DNA from: an uncultured Gaiellaceae bacterium
GTDB lineage: Bacteria > Actinomycetota > Thermoleophilia > Gaiellales > Gaiellaceae
Assembly: GCA_963749515.1 (NCBI GenBank)
Contig: CAVVMR010000002.1
Location: 69,854 to 133,853, forward strand
Length of the DNA stretch: 64,000 bases
Direction: 5' to 3'
The notes under the pieces are model-generated. The model was not told the origin of the DNA. It saw only the letters and a list, made by a program, of their open reading frames with translations, and ran no database searches. A program made the translations under genes and the position numbers. This document shows, in pieces, positions 26,841 to 35,783 of this stretch; position 1 is the stretch's first letter; each line of letters begins with the position of its first letter.

Positions 26841-27966
26841 TGCCGGCCTCGAGGCGGACCGTCGTCCCCGTGCCGGGAACCGATTCGACCTCGAGCGTGC
26901 CGCCGAGCCGGCGCGCGCGCTCTTCCATCGAGGTCAGGCCGAGCCGGCGCGACCGCGTCTCCGGCGCCGCGGGATCGAAGCCGACCCCGTCGTCCTCGAC
27001 CTCCAGCAGCACTCCCGCCTCGTCTCGGCGCAGCGTGACGACCACGCGCCGCGCCTGTGCGTGCTTGAGCACGTTGTGGAGCGCCTCCTGCGCAATCCGG
27101 AGGATCTCGCGATCGCGCACCGCATCCGGAGGCGGCTCTCCGTCGAGCACGAGCTCGATCTCCTCCTGCCCCAGCCGCCGCAACACCTCGATGTGCTTTC
27201 GGAGCGTGCCGCCGAGACCGTCCTTCTCGAGCTCTGGCGGGCGCAGCTCGAAAACGAGCGAGCGGAGCTCCTCGAGCGCCTCTCGCGCGAGGACTTGCAG
27301 CTTTCCGACTCGTTCGCCGGCCGCGGCGGGATCGCGGTCGAGAACCGTCGCCGCAGCCTCCGCCTCGAGCACCAGGCCGAACAGCTTCTGGCTGACGGCG
27401 TCGTGCAGGTCGAGCGCCAGCCGGTTCCGCTCGGCGACGATCGAGAGCTCCCGCGTCTGCTCGTAGAGGCGGGCGTTCGCGATCGCAATCGCTGCATGCG
27501 CGGCGAGCAGGCCGATCAGCTCCTCGTCCTCCTGTGTGAACTCAGCGCCCTCGAGCTTCTCGGTCAGGTAGAAGGCGCCGATCACCCCGGCCGGCGCGAC
27601 GATCGGGACGCCGAGGAACGTGCGCATGTCCGGGTGCGTCCTCGGCCACCAGCCGCGGAAGCGCGGATGCTCGTGGATGTCACTCGTCCGGTACGGCGAC
27701 GCCGTGTCGAGCATGGCGCCGAGCATCCCGTGCTGGCGCGGCAGGGGTCCGAGCGAGGCGATCAGCTCGTCGCTCATGCCGGAGGTGAGGAACCGCCGAA
27801 AGCCGCCCTCGCCGTCGGGCAGCCCGAGCGCTGCGTAGCGTGCGCCGGCCAGCTCGCGCGAGCTGTCGACCAGCCGCTGCAGAACGTCGTCGACCGAAAC
27901 CTCGGCCGCGACCGCGAGCACCGCGTCGCTGACCGCCCGCAGGGTGGGGCTCAGATGCTCGGCCAT
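26833..27966 (-). CDS. GAF-domain sensor histidine kinase (HisKA_3 type)
   Basis: ORF 26833..28065, with the start moved to ATG 27966 ([12 protein letters not shown]...) because the upstream part overlaps the conserved intergenic element. GAF region, H-box [11 protein letters not shown], HATPase block DDGVGFD. Confidence 0.82.
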   Translation of the reverse strand: MAEHLSPTLRAVSDAVLAVAAEVSVDDVLQRLVDSSRELAGARYAALGLPDGEGGFRRFLTSGMSDELIASLGPLPRQHGMLGAMLDTASPYRTSDIHEHPRFRGWWPRTHPDMRTFLGVPIVAPAGVIGAFYLTEKLEGAEFTQEDEELIGLLAAHAAIAIANARLYEQTRELSIVAERNRLALDLHDAVSQKLFGLVLEAEAAATVLDRDPAAAGERVGKLQVLAREALEELRSLVFELRPPELEKDGLGGTLRKHIEVLRRLGQEEIELVLDGEPPPDAVRDREILRIAQEALHNVLKHAQARRVVVTLRRDEAGVLLEVEDDGVGFDPAAPETRSRRLGLTSMEERARRLGGTLEVESVPGTGTTVRLEAGNG

Positions 27967-28024
27967 CGTCCGGTGACGATAGCCCGCTTGACTGCCGGCG
28001 AGGGCGTGTGAGATCGTCGACCCA

Positions 28025-28060
28025 CTGTAAACGTTCTCAGTAATCCTTTTCAGTGATCGA
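28025..28060 (+). promoter_or_regulatory. Copy A of conserved 29(+5)-nt element containing a LacI-type palindromic operator
   Basis: CTGTAAACGTTCTCAGTAATCCTTTTCAG is identical to 31516-31544. After 2 mismatches, ATCGA is also shared. The core CTGTAAACGTTCTCAG is a CG-centred imperfect palindrome (12/16 positions). It lies 27 nt upstream of ATG 28080. Confidence 0.7.
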
Positions 28061-28079
28061 TTCAAGGACGGAGGCTCGC

Positions 28080-30227
28080 ATGGGAAACCGGCTCACACCG
28101 GTGCTGTTGGGCTGTATAGCCCTGTTCGTGATCTTGCTCGCGCCCTCGGCAGTCGGCTCGAGCAGCGCGGCGGAAGGGAGCCTCACGAGCGCCTCCTTCC
28201 GCTCCGCCACGCTGAAGGAAGACATCAACTACAACGTCTACCTGCCGGCGGGATACGGGGGCTCCGCCGAGCGCTATCCGGTGCTCTATCTCCTGCACGG
28301 GCGCGGCGACTCGATGAGCGCCTGGACGCAGATGAAGAGCACGCTCGACGAGCTGATCGCCGCCGAGGAGATTCCTCCGACGATCGCGATCATGCCCGAC
28401 GCGCCGTGGAGCAGCCGGGCGAGCTACTACGTGGACTCGGCCTACAAGGGCGCGGATCCGGGCCGGCCGGTCGAGACGGCATTCACCTGCGATCTGATCA
28501 AGCACGTCGACGCCGCCTACCGGACCGTGGCCGACCGCTCGGGCCGCGGCATCGCCGGCTACTCGATGGGTGGCTACGGCGCGATGCGCTACTCGCTCGC
28601 GCACCCCGACCTCTTCGGAGCCGCGATCGTGCTCAGCCCGGCCGTCTACTATCCCGAGCCGCCGCTCGACTCCAGCACGCGCGAGTTCGGCGCCTTCGGC
28701 AAGGGTAAGAAGCTGTTCGTCGAGAAGATCTACAAGCAGCTGAACTACCCGACCACCTTCCATTCCTTCGAAGCGACCGGCCTGCCACAGCGGATGTTCA
28801 TCGCGGTCGGCGACGACGAGTTCAAGAACACCAACCCCAAGGACTTCGAGCACGACCTCGACTTCGAGGCTCATGTGCTCTTCAACAAGGCCCAGAGAGT
28901 CGAGAATCTCAGCTCGGAGCTCCGGGTCGTCGACGGCGGGCACGACTGGGACGTCTGGGGGCCGCAGTTCGTCGAGGGCGCGAAGTACATCTTCGAATTC
29001 CTGAAGCCGCCGCCAGTCCTGATGAAGGCCAAGCTGACGGGCACGGCCGGTGAGGAGCGCGCGGGAGGCGTCGCCACCGACACGGCCGGCAACGTCTACC
29101 AGGCTCTCGCGGGCGGAGGGTCCGTCAACGGCCAACCGTTCGCCGGCGACAAGGACCTCGTGCTCACCAAGCAAGCCGCGAGCGGCGCGACGGTCTGGAC
29201 GCGCGCGATCGGCACCGTCCGGCTCGAGCGGCCCTACGGCGTCGCGGTCGACCCGCAGGGCAACGTGGTCGTCACCGGATACACGAACGGGGATCTGGAC
29301 GGCAACCACGCCGGCAACACGGCGGACGACGTCTTCGTCGTCAAGTACGACCCCAGCGGCAACCAGGTCTGGCTGCGGCAAATCGGTGTGCCGGGGCTCG
29401 CGGACCGTGGCTACGCAATCGCCACCGACGCGATCGGGAACGTCTATGTCACCGGGTACACGCGCGGCAACCTGGCCGGCACGAACCAGGGCGACAAGGA
29501 CGTCTACCTCCTGAAGCTCGATCCGAGCGGCGCTCAGGTCTGGCTACGGCAGTTCGGAGGCGCCGGTGAAGACAAGGGCTGGGGTGTCGTCGCCACAGCC
29601 GACGGCGTTCGCGTCGCCGGTATGACGTCGGGTGCGATCGGCACTCCGGTGGGTGCGCTCGACGGCTGGGTCGCCCGCTACGACGCCGCCGGCAGCCAGG
29701 TCTGGCTGCAGCAGTTCGGCACCACAGAGAACGAGGAGGTCTGGGGGCTGACGGCGGATGTCGCCGGCAACTCGTACGTTGCCGCCTATTCGGCGGGCGA
29801 CTTCGACGGCCCGCTGGCGGGGGACAAGGACCTCGTCGTGGCCCGGTTCGACTCCTCCGGCGCCCTGACGTGGAAGGATCAGGTCGGGACGACCCTGAAC
29901 GACAAGGGCGCCGCGATCGCGCTCGACGGTGCCGGCAACATCTACGTCGCCGGCTTCTCGGACGGCAAGCTGGCCGGCCGCGTCGGCAAGTTCGACGTCG
30001 TGCTCCTCAAGTACGCGCCGGACACCAGCCTCGAATGGACACGCCAGTTCGGGACGGTCGAGGACGACGGAGCCGACGCGTTCGCCGAGGCCAACCTCTA
30101 CCTCGCGACCCACGGCGGAAAGGTCTACGTCTCCGGGCTCACGCTCGGCGATGTCGAGGGCGCCCCGCAGGTCGGGCTCGGCGACGTCTTCCTCGCGACA
30201 TTCGACGCCGCGGGGGTCAACGGCTGA
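28080..30227 (+). CDS. Secreted esterase (esterase-D/CE1-like alpha/beta hydrolase) fused to a 7-bladed SBBP-type beta-propeller
   Basis: ORF 28053..30227, with the start moved to ATG 28080 (MGNRLTPVLLGCIALFVILLAPSAVG signal peptide; GGAGG upstream). Esterase blocks PVLYLLHGRGD and nucleophile elbow GYSMGGYGA. Seven repeats of the type GNVYVTGYT.G.L.G...GD.DVFVVKYD.SG..VWL.Q.G. Confidence 0.78.
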   Translation: MGNRLTPVLLGCIALFVILLAPSAVGSSSAAEGSLTSASFRSATLKEDINYNVYLPAGYGGSAERYPVLYLLHGRGDSMSAWTQMKSTLDELIAAEEIPPTIAIMPDAPWSSRASYYVDSAYKGADPGRPVETAFTCDLIKHVDAAYRTVADRSGRGIAGYSMGGYGAMRYSLAHPDLFGAAIVLSPAVYYPEPPLDSSTREFGAFGKGKKLFVEKIYKQLNYPTTFHSFEATGLPQRMFIAVGDDEFKNTNPKDFEHDLDFEAHVLFNKAQRVENLSSELRVVDGGHDWDVWGPQFVEGAKYIFEFLKPPPVLMKAKLTGTAGEERAGGVATDTAGNVYQALAGGGSVNGQPFAGDKDLVLTKQAASGATVWTRAIGTVRLERPYGVAVDPQGNVVVTGYTNGDLDGNHAGNTADDVFVVKYDPSGNQVWLRQIGVPGLADRGYAIATDAIGNVYVTGYTRGNLAGTNQGDKDVYLLKLDPSGAQVWLRQFGGAGEDKGWGVVATADGVRVAGMTSGAIGTPVGALDGWVARYDAAGSQVWLQQFGTTENEEVWGLTADVAGNSYVAAYSAGDFDGPLAGDKDLVVARFDSSGALTWKDQVGTTLNDKGAAIALDGAGNIYVAGFSDGKLAGRVGKFDVVLLKYAPDTSLEWTRQFGTVEDDGADAFAEANLYLATHGGKVYVSGLTLGDVEGAPQVGLGDVFLATFDAAGVNG

Positions 30228-30233
30228 GCGAGA

Positions 30234-30268
30234 GTGGGCGGCGCCGGGCTCGTCCCGGCGCCGCCCAC
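30234..30268. terminator. Bidirectional terminator-like hairpin between convergent esterase and ABC ATPase genes
   Basis: Perfect 15-bp stem GTGGGCGGCGCCGGG / CCCGGCGCCGCCCAC with loop CTCGT. Confidence 0.75.
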
Positions 30269-30273
30269 GATCG

Positions 30274-31452
30274 TCATGCGGTCGCGAGCGCCTCCGGCCG
30301 GAGCGTCGCACCGCTCGCAGGATCGAAGAAGTGAAGCCGGCTCGGATCGAGCGCGAGCTTGAAGCGGTCTCCCGGCTGGACCGGAGTGCCTTCGGCGACC
30401 TCGGCGGTGAAGAACGCGCGCTTGTCACTGGCCAGCAGCGACGCCCGCTCCTGGTCGTCGCTTGCGGCGCGCACGGAGTCGACGTCGACGGGCGGCGCCT
30501 CGATCGCGAAGAGCACGTGCGTCGCCGAGCCCAGCTCCTCGACGACGGCGACGTCGATCTCGATCGTCGGCAGCGAGGGGTCGGCCGTGCGGGCGTCGGC
30601 GAAGTCCTGCGGGCGGATGCCGAGAATCAGAGTGTCGGACGAGCCCTCGGTTGGGCGCCGAGTCTCTGTGAGCGGCACCCGGAACCCTGCGAACAGCACA
30701 GCGTCATCGGTGAGCGTCGCGTCGACGAGGTTCATCGACGGCGAGCCGATGAACGCTGCCACGAACAGGTTCCGCGGCTCGCGGTAGAGCACCTGTGGTG
30801 TGTCGACCTGCTGGACGGTCCCGTCGCGCATCACGGCCACGCGCGTTCCGAGCGTCATTGCCTCGACCTGGTCGTGTGTGACGTAGATCGTCGTCACTCC
30901 CAGACGCTCGTGCAGCCGCGCCAGCTCGGCTCGCATGTCGACGCGGAGCTTCGCGTCGAGGTTCGAGAGCGGCTCGTCCATGAGGAACGCGGCAGGCTCG
31001 CGCACGATTGCCCGGCCCATCGCCACCCGCTGCCGCTGCCCGCCCGAGAGCGCCCCGGGGCGCCGGTCCAGCAATTCCTCGAGGCCAAGCATGCGCGCCA
31101 CCAGCTGAACACGACGGTTGATCTCTTCCTTCGGCGTCTTCCGAACCTTGAGCCCGTAGCCGAGGTTCTTCGCGACCGTCAGGTGCGGGTAGAGGGCGTA
31201 GTTCTGGAAGACCATCGCGATGTCTCGATCCCGGGGCGCGAGCCTCGCGACCTCCTGGTCGCCGATCCAGATGTCGCCCTCCGTGACCTCCTCGAGGCCG
31301 GCGATCATCCGCAGCAGCGTCGACTTGCCGCAGCCGGACGGCCCGACGAGAACCATGAACTCGCCGCTCGCGATCGTCAGGTTGATGTCGTCGACAGCGC
31401 GTACGTCACCCTCGTAGACCTTCCCCACCTGTTCGAGCCTGATCTCGGCCAC
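30274..31452 (-). CDS. Sugar ABC transporter ATP-binding protein (MsiK/MalK/UgpC-like)
   Basis: ORF 30274..31452 with a GTG start. Walker A GPSGCGKST, signature LSGGQRQR, Walker B FLMDEP. C-terminal MalK-type regulatory/OB domain. Confidence 0.9.
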   Translation of the reverse strand: MAEIRLEQVGKVYEGDVRAVDDINLTIASGEFMVLVGPSGCGKSTLLRMIAGLEEVTEGDIWIGDQEVARLAPRDRDIAMVFQNYALYPHLTVAKNLGYGLKVRKTPKEEINRRVQLVARMLGLEELLDRRPGALSGGQRQRVAMGRAIVREPAAFLMDEPLSNLDAKLRVDMRAELARLHERLGVTTIYVTHDQVEAMTLGTRVAVMRDGTVQQVDTPQVLYREPRNLFVAAFIGSPSMNLVDATLTDDAVLFAGFRVPLTETRRPTEGSSDTLILGIRPQDFADARTADPSLPTIEIDVAVVEELGSATHVLFAIEAPPVDVDSVRAASDDQERASLLASDKRAFFTAEVAEGTPVQPGDRFKLALDPSRLHFFDPASGATLRPEALATA

Positions 31453-31515
31453 GTCCGGTTGCTCCTTCGCGGTTGCTCTTGACTCCGATCGCGATCGTAT
31501 GACATTCTCGAACTG

Positions 31516-31551
31516 CTGTAAACGTTCTCAGTAATCCTTTTCAGAAATCGA
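31516..31551 (+). promoter_or_regulatory. Copy B of the conserved operator-containing element (lacI / msiK-like divergent intergenic region)
   Basis: Same 29 nt as 28025-28053, in the same orientation. It sits in the 142-bp gap between the GTG of the ATPase gene (31452) and the GTG of the LacI gene (31595). Confidence 0.7.
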
Positions 31552-31594
31552 CACGCCTGAGACCCAGCCAACGCGCGAGGACCCGGCCGGCACC

Positions 31595-32590
31595 GTGCCG
31601 ACGATCACGACTGTCGCGCGCCTGGCGAATGTGTCCGTCGCCTCTGCGTCCCGGGTGATGAACGGCATCCGCACGAGCGCGGCGACGCTCGAGCGGGTGA
31701 CGGAGGCAGCCGAGGCGATCGGATACGTGCCGAACGCGGCCGCTCGCACGCTCCGGTCGCGTCGAACGGGCCAGATCGCGTTCGCCATGCCGGACGTCGG
31801 CAACCCGGTCTACACGACGATGATCGCCTCGATCCAGGACGTGGCGAAGGCCCGCGGCTGGCGGTTGATGCTCCACTCGACCGGAGCGGACATGGAGGAC
31901 GAGCTCGCCATAGTCCGGGACCTGAAGCACCGGTTCGTGGACGGGCTGATCCTGGCGTCGCTCCATCTCACGGACGTACACGCGGACGAGCTTCGGCGCG
32001 CCGCAGCGCCGGTGATCCTGATCGGGCGGCCGACAACTGGCACGACCGTCGACACGGTCCGGACGTACTCGCGCAAGGGCGCCTCTGAGGCCGTACGGCA
32101 TCTCTACGGGGCAAACCGCAGGCGAATCGGGTTCGTAAACGGCCCCCAGCACACGTTGCCCGGAGCGTCGCGCCGGCTGGGCTACCTCGACGGCCTGCGC
32201 TCGTGCTCGCTCGCCCGTGACGACACGCTGATCGAGGTCGCCGAAGACTTCATGATCGAGCCGGGCCGCCGTGCGGCGGTGCGCCTGCTCGAACGTGGTC
32301 GCCTCGACGCGATCCTCTGCGCGAACGACCTGCTCGCGATCGGCGCGCTCGCGGCGCTCCGCGACGCCGGCCTCGACGTTCCGCGCGACGTGGCGCTCGT
32401 GGGAATGGACAACACGCCGCTCTCCGAGGTCACGTGGCCGACCCTGACGACCGTCGACCTCGGCTCCTCCGAGCGGGCCCGGATCGCCGCCGAGCTGCTG
32501 CTCGAGCGGATCGAGGACCCGGCCCGAGAGCCACGCGTCGTCGGCGTCGCGCCACGGCTCGTCGTCCGCGCCTCGTCGGGTGCCCAGTAA
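31595..32590 (+). CDS. LacI-family transcriptional regulator
   Basis: ORF 31595..32590. N-terminal HTH TITTVARLANVSVASASRVMNG, followed by a periplasmic-binding-protein-like sugar-binding core. Confidence 0.9.
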   Translation: MPTITTVARLANVSVASASRVMNGIRTSAATLERVTEAAEAIGYVPNAAARTLRSRRTGQIAFAMPDVGNPVYTTMIASIQDVAKARGWRLMLHSTGADMEDELAIVRDLKHRFVDGLILASLHLTDVHADELRRAAAPVILIGRPTTGTTVDTVRTYSRKGASEAVRHLYGANRRRIGFVNGPQHTLPGASRRLGYLDGLRSCSLARDDTLIEVAEDFMIEPGRRAAVRLLERGRLDAILCANDLLAIGALAALRDAGLDVPRDVALVGMDNTPLSEVTWPTLTTVDLGSSERARIAAELLLERIEDPAREPRVVGVAPRLVVRASSGAQ

Positions 32591-33525
32591 TGAGTACCGT
32601 CCCGGAGGCAGGCCGGCCGGTCTTCAAGCGGCGCAAGCGCGGCCGCGCCGGGTCGGGCCTCTCCGGCCGCGAGACGATGCTGCTGCTGATCCCGGCGCTC
32701 CTGCCGATCGTGATCCTCAGCGTCCTGCCGCTCGTGCGCGGGATCTACCTCGGCTTCACGGATGCGCAGGCCGGCTTCGAGATCACTACGAACTTCATCG
32801 GCCTCGACAACTTTCGCACGCTGCTCGAGGACGACCTCTTCGTCAACTCGTTCAAGATCGGCCTGATCTGGTCGGTCTCCGTGACCGCGATCGGCTTCTG
32901 CTTCGCGCTCGGCCTGGCGCTCCTTCTGAGCCAGAACCTGAAGGGGCGCTGGCTGGCACGCTCGCTCGCCCTCGTCCCCTGGGCGATGCCGGCGGTCGTC
33001 GTCGGGATCATGTGGAAGCTCTTCTTCCAGCCGCAGGCCGGGATCCTGAACGAGATCCTGCGCCGCGGCCACATTCCGGGCGACACCACGGACTGGCTCT
33101 CGAGCTTCAGCTGGGCACTGCCGGCGGTGATCCTCGTCGGCGTCTGGGCGGGCATGCCGCAGACGACCGTGGCGCTGCTGGCGGGACTCCAGTCGATCCA
33201 GGACGAGCTGCACGAGGCGGCGGCCGTCGACGGCGCGACGGCCTGGCAGCGGTTCCGGACGATCACGCTGCCGCAGTTGCGCCCCGTGATCATTGCGATC
33301 ACGACGCTCGACTTCATCTGGAACTTCAACTCGTTCGGGCTCGTCTACGTCCTGACCGAGGGCGGGCCGGCGGGCAAGACCCAGCTCCCGATGCTGTTCG
33401 CCTACAGCCAGGCGTTCGAGTACGGCCAGTTCGGCTACGCGTCGGCGCTCGGCAGCGCGATGGTCGTCGTGATCGCCGTTGCGCTCGTCTTCTACCTCTG
33501 GGGCCGGCTGAAGGAGGCGAAGTGA
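32590..33525 (+). CDS. Carbohydrate ABC transporter permease (CUT1 family)
   Basis: In-frame part of ORF 32434..33525 from ATG 32590 (TAATG overlap with lacI). EAA loop EAAAVDGATAWQRFRTITLPQLRP. Confidence 0.88.
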   Translation: MSTVPEAGRPVFKRRKRGRAGSGLSGRETMLLLIPALLPIVILSVLPLVRGIYLGFTDAQAGFEITTNFIGLDNFRTLLEDDLFVNSFKIGLIWSVSVTAIGFCFALGLALLLSQNLKGRWLARSLALVPWAMPAVVVGIMWKLFFQPQAGILNEILRRGHIPGDTTDWLSSFSWALPAVILVGVWAGMPQTTVALLAGLQSIQDELHEAAAVDGATAWQRFRTITLPQLRPVIIAITTLDFIWNFNSFGLVYVLTEGGPAGKTQLPMLFAYSQAFEYGQFGYASALGSAMVVVIAVALVFYLWGRLKEAK

Positions 33526-34370
33526 TCGTCACCGCCAGACCCAAGCGAGCGAAGAGCTTCCAGTACGCGGCGCTCTTCGCCTACGTCCTCTTCCTCGGCT
33601 TCCCGCTCCTCTGGCTGCTGTCGATGTCGCTCAAGGGGCCGCGTGAGCTCGTGCAGCTCTACCCGTCGTTCATCCCGAATGACTTCACGTTCGAGAACTA
33701 CCGGTTGGCGCTGACCGAGGAGAACCACCAGTTCATCCGCAGCGGCATCAACAGCTTCAAGATCGCCGTCGTCACCGCCCTGCTGACGACGATCGTCGGC
33801 CTGCCGGCGGCGTACGTGCTCGCGCGGCGGAGGGGCCTGATCACACGGCTCGGGCTCGGCTGGATCCTGCTCAGCCAGATGTTCCCGCTGATCCTGATCA
33901 TCATCCCGCTCTTCCTGCTCCTGCGCGACCTGAAGCTGACGAACTCCCACGTCGGCCTCGTGCTCGTCTACGTCGTCTGGGCGCTCCCGTTCGTCCTCTT
34001 CATGCTCTACACGTACGTGCGCGGGATCCCTCGCGACCTCGAGGAGGCGGCGACGGTCGACGGCGCGACGCGGTTCCAGATCCTGACCGGGATCATCGCG
34101 CCGCTCCTCATGCCGGGGATCGTCGTGACGACGCTCTTCGCGTTCATCACCGCCTGGAACGAGTTCTTCTTCGCACTCGTGATCCTCGAGAGCCCCGATC
34201 TGACGACGCTGCCGCTGAGGCTCGCGCAGTACGTCGGGATCGAGGGAGTCGTCAGGTTCGGCCCGCTCGCCGCAGCCGCCCTGCTGGCGACCCTGCCCAG
34301 CCTTCTCCTCTTCACGATCATCCAGCGCTGGCTCACCAGCGGCCTTCTCTCGGGGGCGGTCAAGGGCTAG
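33522..34370 (+). CDS. Carbohydrate ABC transporter permease (CUT1 family), second subunit
   Basis: In-frame part of ORF 32580..34370 from GTG 33522 (GTGA overlap; AAGGAGG upstream). EAA loop EAATVDGATRFQILTGIIAPLLMP. Confidence 0.88.
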   Translation: MIVTARPKRAKSFQYAALFAYVLFLGFPLLWLLSMSLKGPRELVQLYPSFIPNDFTFENYRLALTEENHQFIRSGINSFKIAVVTALLTTIVGLPAAYVLARRRGLITRLGLGWILLSQMFPLILIIIPLFLLLRDLKLTNSHVGLVLVYVVWALPFVLFMLYTYVRGIPRDLEEAATVDGATRFQILTGIIAPLLMPGIVVTTLFAFITAWNEFFFALVILESPDLTTLPLRLAQYVGIEGVVRFGPLAAAALLATLPSLLLFTIIQRWLTSGLLSGAVKG

Positions 34371-34439
34371 CGGAATGTCGTCACAAACGAAACCACGGCG
34401 TCGCGTGACGGCGCCCGACCGCAGAAAGGCGGGTCAGTA

Positions 34440-35705
34440 ATGAGGAAGGTCATCGTGCTTGGCGCTTTGGCCCTGCTGTGCTCCGTGCTCGTAGCCGGAG
34501 CCCAGGCGGGTAAGCAGGGTGCTGTCGTCAAGCTCAAGTTCGCCACGTACGTGTGGCAGCCGACGACGGTCAAGGCCAACAAGGAGATCGTCGACGCCTG
34601 GAACAAGAGCCATCCCGGCATCCAGGTCGAGATCGTCCCGGTCGACGTGAACTCGGTCCACGACAAGCTCCTGACGAGCTTCGTCGGCGGCACCGCGGCG
34701 GACATCATCCACGACGAGGCCGCCGACATCGCCGGCTTCACGCAGCAGGGCTACCTGGCGAACCTGACGCCGCTGATCCCGAAGTCGCTCAAGGCCTCGA
34801 TCCCGAAGGACATCTGGGCGACGACGAACTTCGGCGGCAGGATCACGGGCGTCCCGTCGCTGATGCAGACGTACAACATCTTCGCGAACATGACGATCCT
34901 GAAGGCGGCCGGGATCAAGGCCCCGACGCTCGCCGCTCCGTGGACGTGGGCGCAGTTCCGGGCGAACGCGAAGAAGCTGACGAAGTCCGGCCAGTACGGC
35001 GTCTGCTGGGGCCTCCGCTCGCCGGTGGCCGCGGTGCAGACGATGGCCCTCAACTACGGCGGACAGTTCTTCTACCTCGAGAACGGCAAGTGGACGTTCA
35101 AGTTCGGCCCGAACGACCAGAACGTGATCAAGCAGATGCACGACATGATCCACGTCGACAAGTCGGTCGATCCCGCCGCAACCGGGCTCTCCGGCAGCGC
35201 CGTGCTCCCCGCCTTCTTCGGCGGCAAGTGCGCGATGACGGTGGCGGGAAACTTCACCGCCCAGAGCATGATCCTGCAGGGCCCGAGGGGCTTCAACTGG
35301 GCGATGTTCCCGCTGCTGAAGGGCCAGACGCAGCAGCAGGTGGCAAACCCGCAGACGTACTCGATCTCGGCGCAGAGCCAGAACAAGCAGTCCGCGATGT
35401 TCTTCCTCGCGTACCTCGTGAACAAGCAGAACCTGGCCAAGCTCGCCCAGGGTGACTGGCTGATCCCGTCGAACCCGGAGGCCGGCAAGCTGTTGCGCAA
35501 GTCGACCAAGCGCGCCGGCAGCTGGAAGATCGCGACCGAGTCGGTCGTGCACTTCCGCAAGGGGAACTGGGTCTCGCTCGCGGCGTACCCGCGCTGGAAG
35601 GCGGAGGTCGCTCAGCCGGCGTTCGTCCAGTACCTGCGGGGCTCGACGAGCCTGCAGGAGCTGGAGAAGTCGCTCGCCGACGGCTGGACGAGAGTCAGAG
35701 GATAG
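34440..35705 (+). CDS. Carbohydrate ABC transporter substrate-binding protein (family 1 extracellular solute-binding protein)
   Basis: ORF 34440..35705. Signal peptide MRKVIVLGALALLCSVLVAGAQA, followed by typical CUT1 binding-protein length and composition. Confidence 0.85.
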   Translation: MRKVIVLGALALLCSVLVAGAQAGKQGAVVKLKFATYVWQPTTVKANKEIVDAWNKSHPGIQVEIVPVDVNSVHDKLLTSFVGGTAADIIHDEAADIAGFTQQGYLANLTPLIPKSLKASIPKDIWATTNFGGRITGVPSLMQTYNIFANMTILKAAGIKAPTLAAPWTWAQFRANAKKLTKSGQYGVCWGLRSPVAAVQTMALNYGGQFFYLENGKWTFKFGPNDQNVIKQMHDMIHVDKSVDPAATGLSGSAVLPAFFGGKCAMTVAGNFTAQSMILQGPRGFNWAMFPLLKGQTQQQVANPQTYSISAQSQNKQSAMFFLAYLVNKQNLAKLAQGDWLIPSNPEAGKLLRKSTKRAGSWKIATESVVHFRKGNWVSLAAYPRWKAEVAQPAFVQYLRGSTSLQELEKSLADGWTRVRG

Positions 35706-35715
35706 GAAAGGCTGT

Positions 35716-35754
35716 TCCCAGCCGGCCGCCGGACCTCCGGACGGCCGGCTGGGA
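35716..35754 (+). promoter_or_regulatory. Strong intercistronic hairpin after the binding-protein gene
   Basis: 13-bp perfect stem TCCCAGCCGGCCG / CGGCCGGCTGGGA. The 13-nt loop can extend the stem by CCGG/CCGG. Its position downstream of the binding-protein gene suggests mRNA-stabilising or attenuating function. Confidence 0.55.
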
Positions 35755-35783
35755 GACATCGACTGCGAAACGAGGATGAGGAC

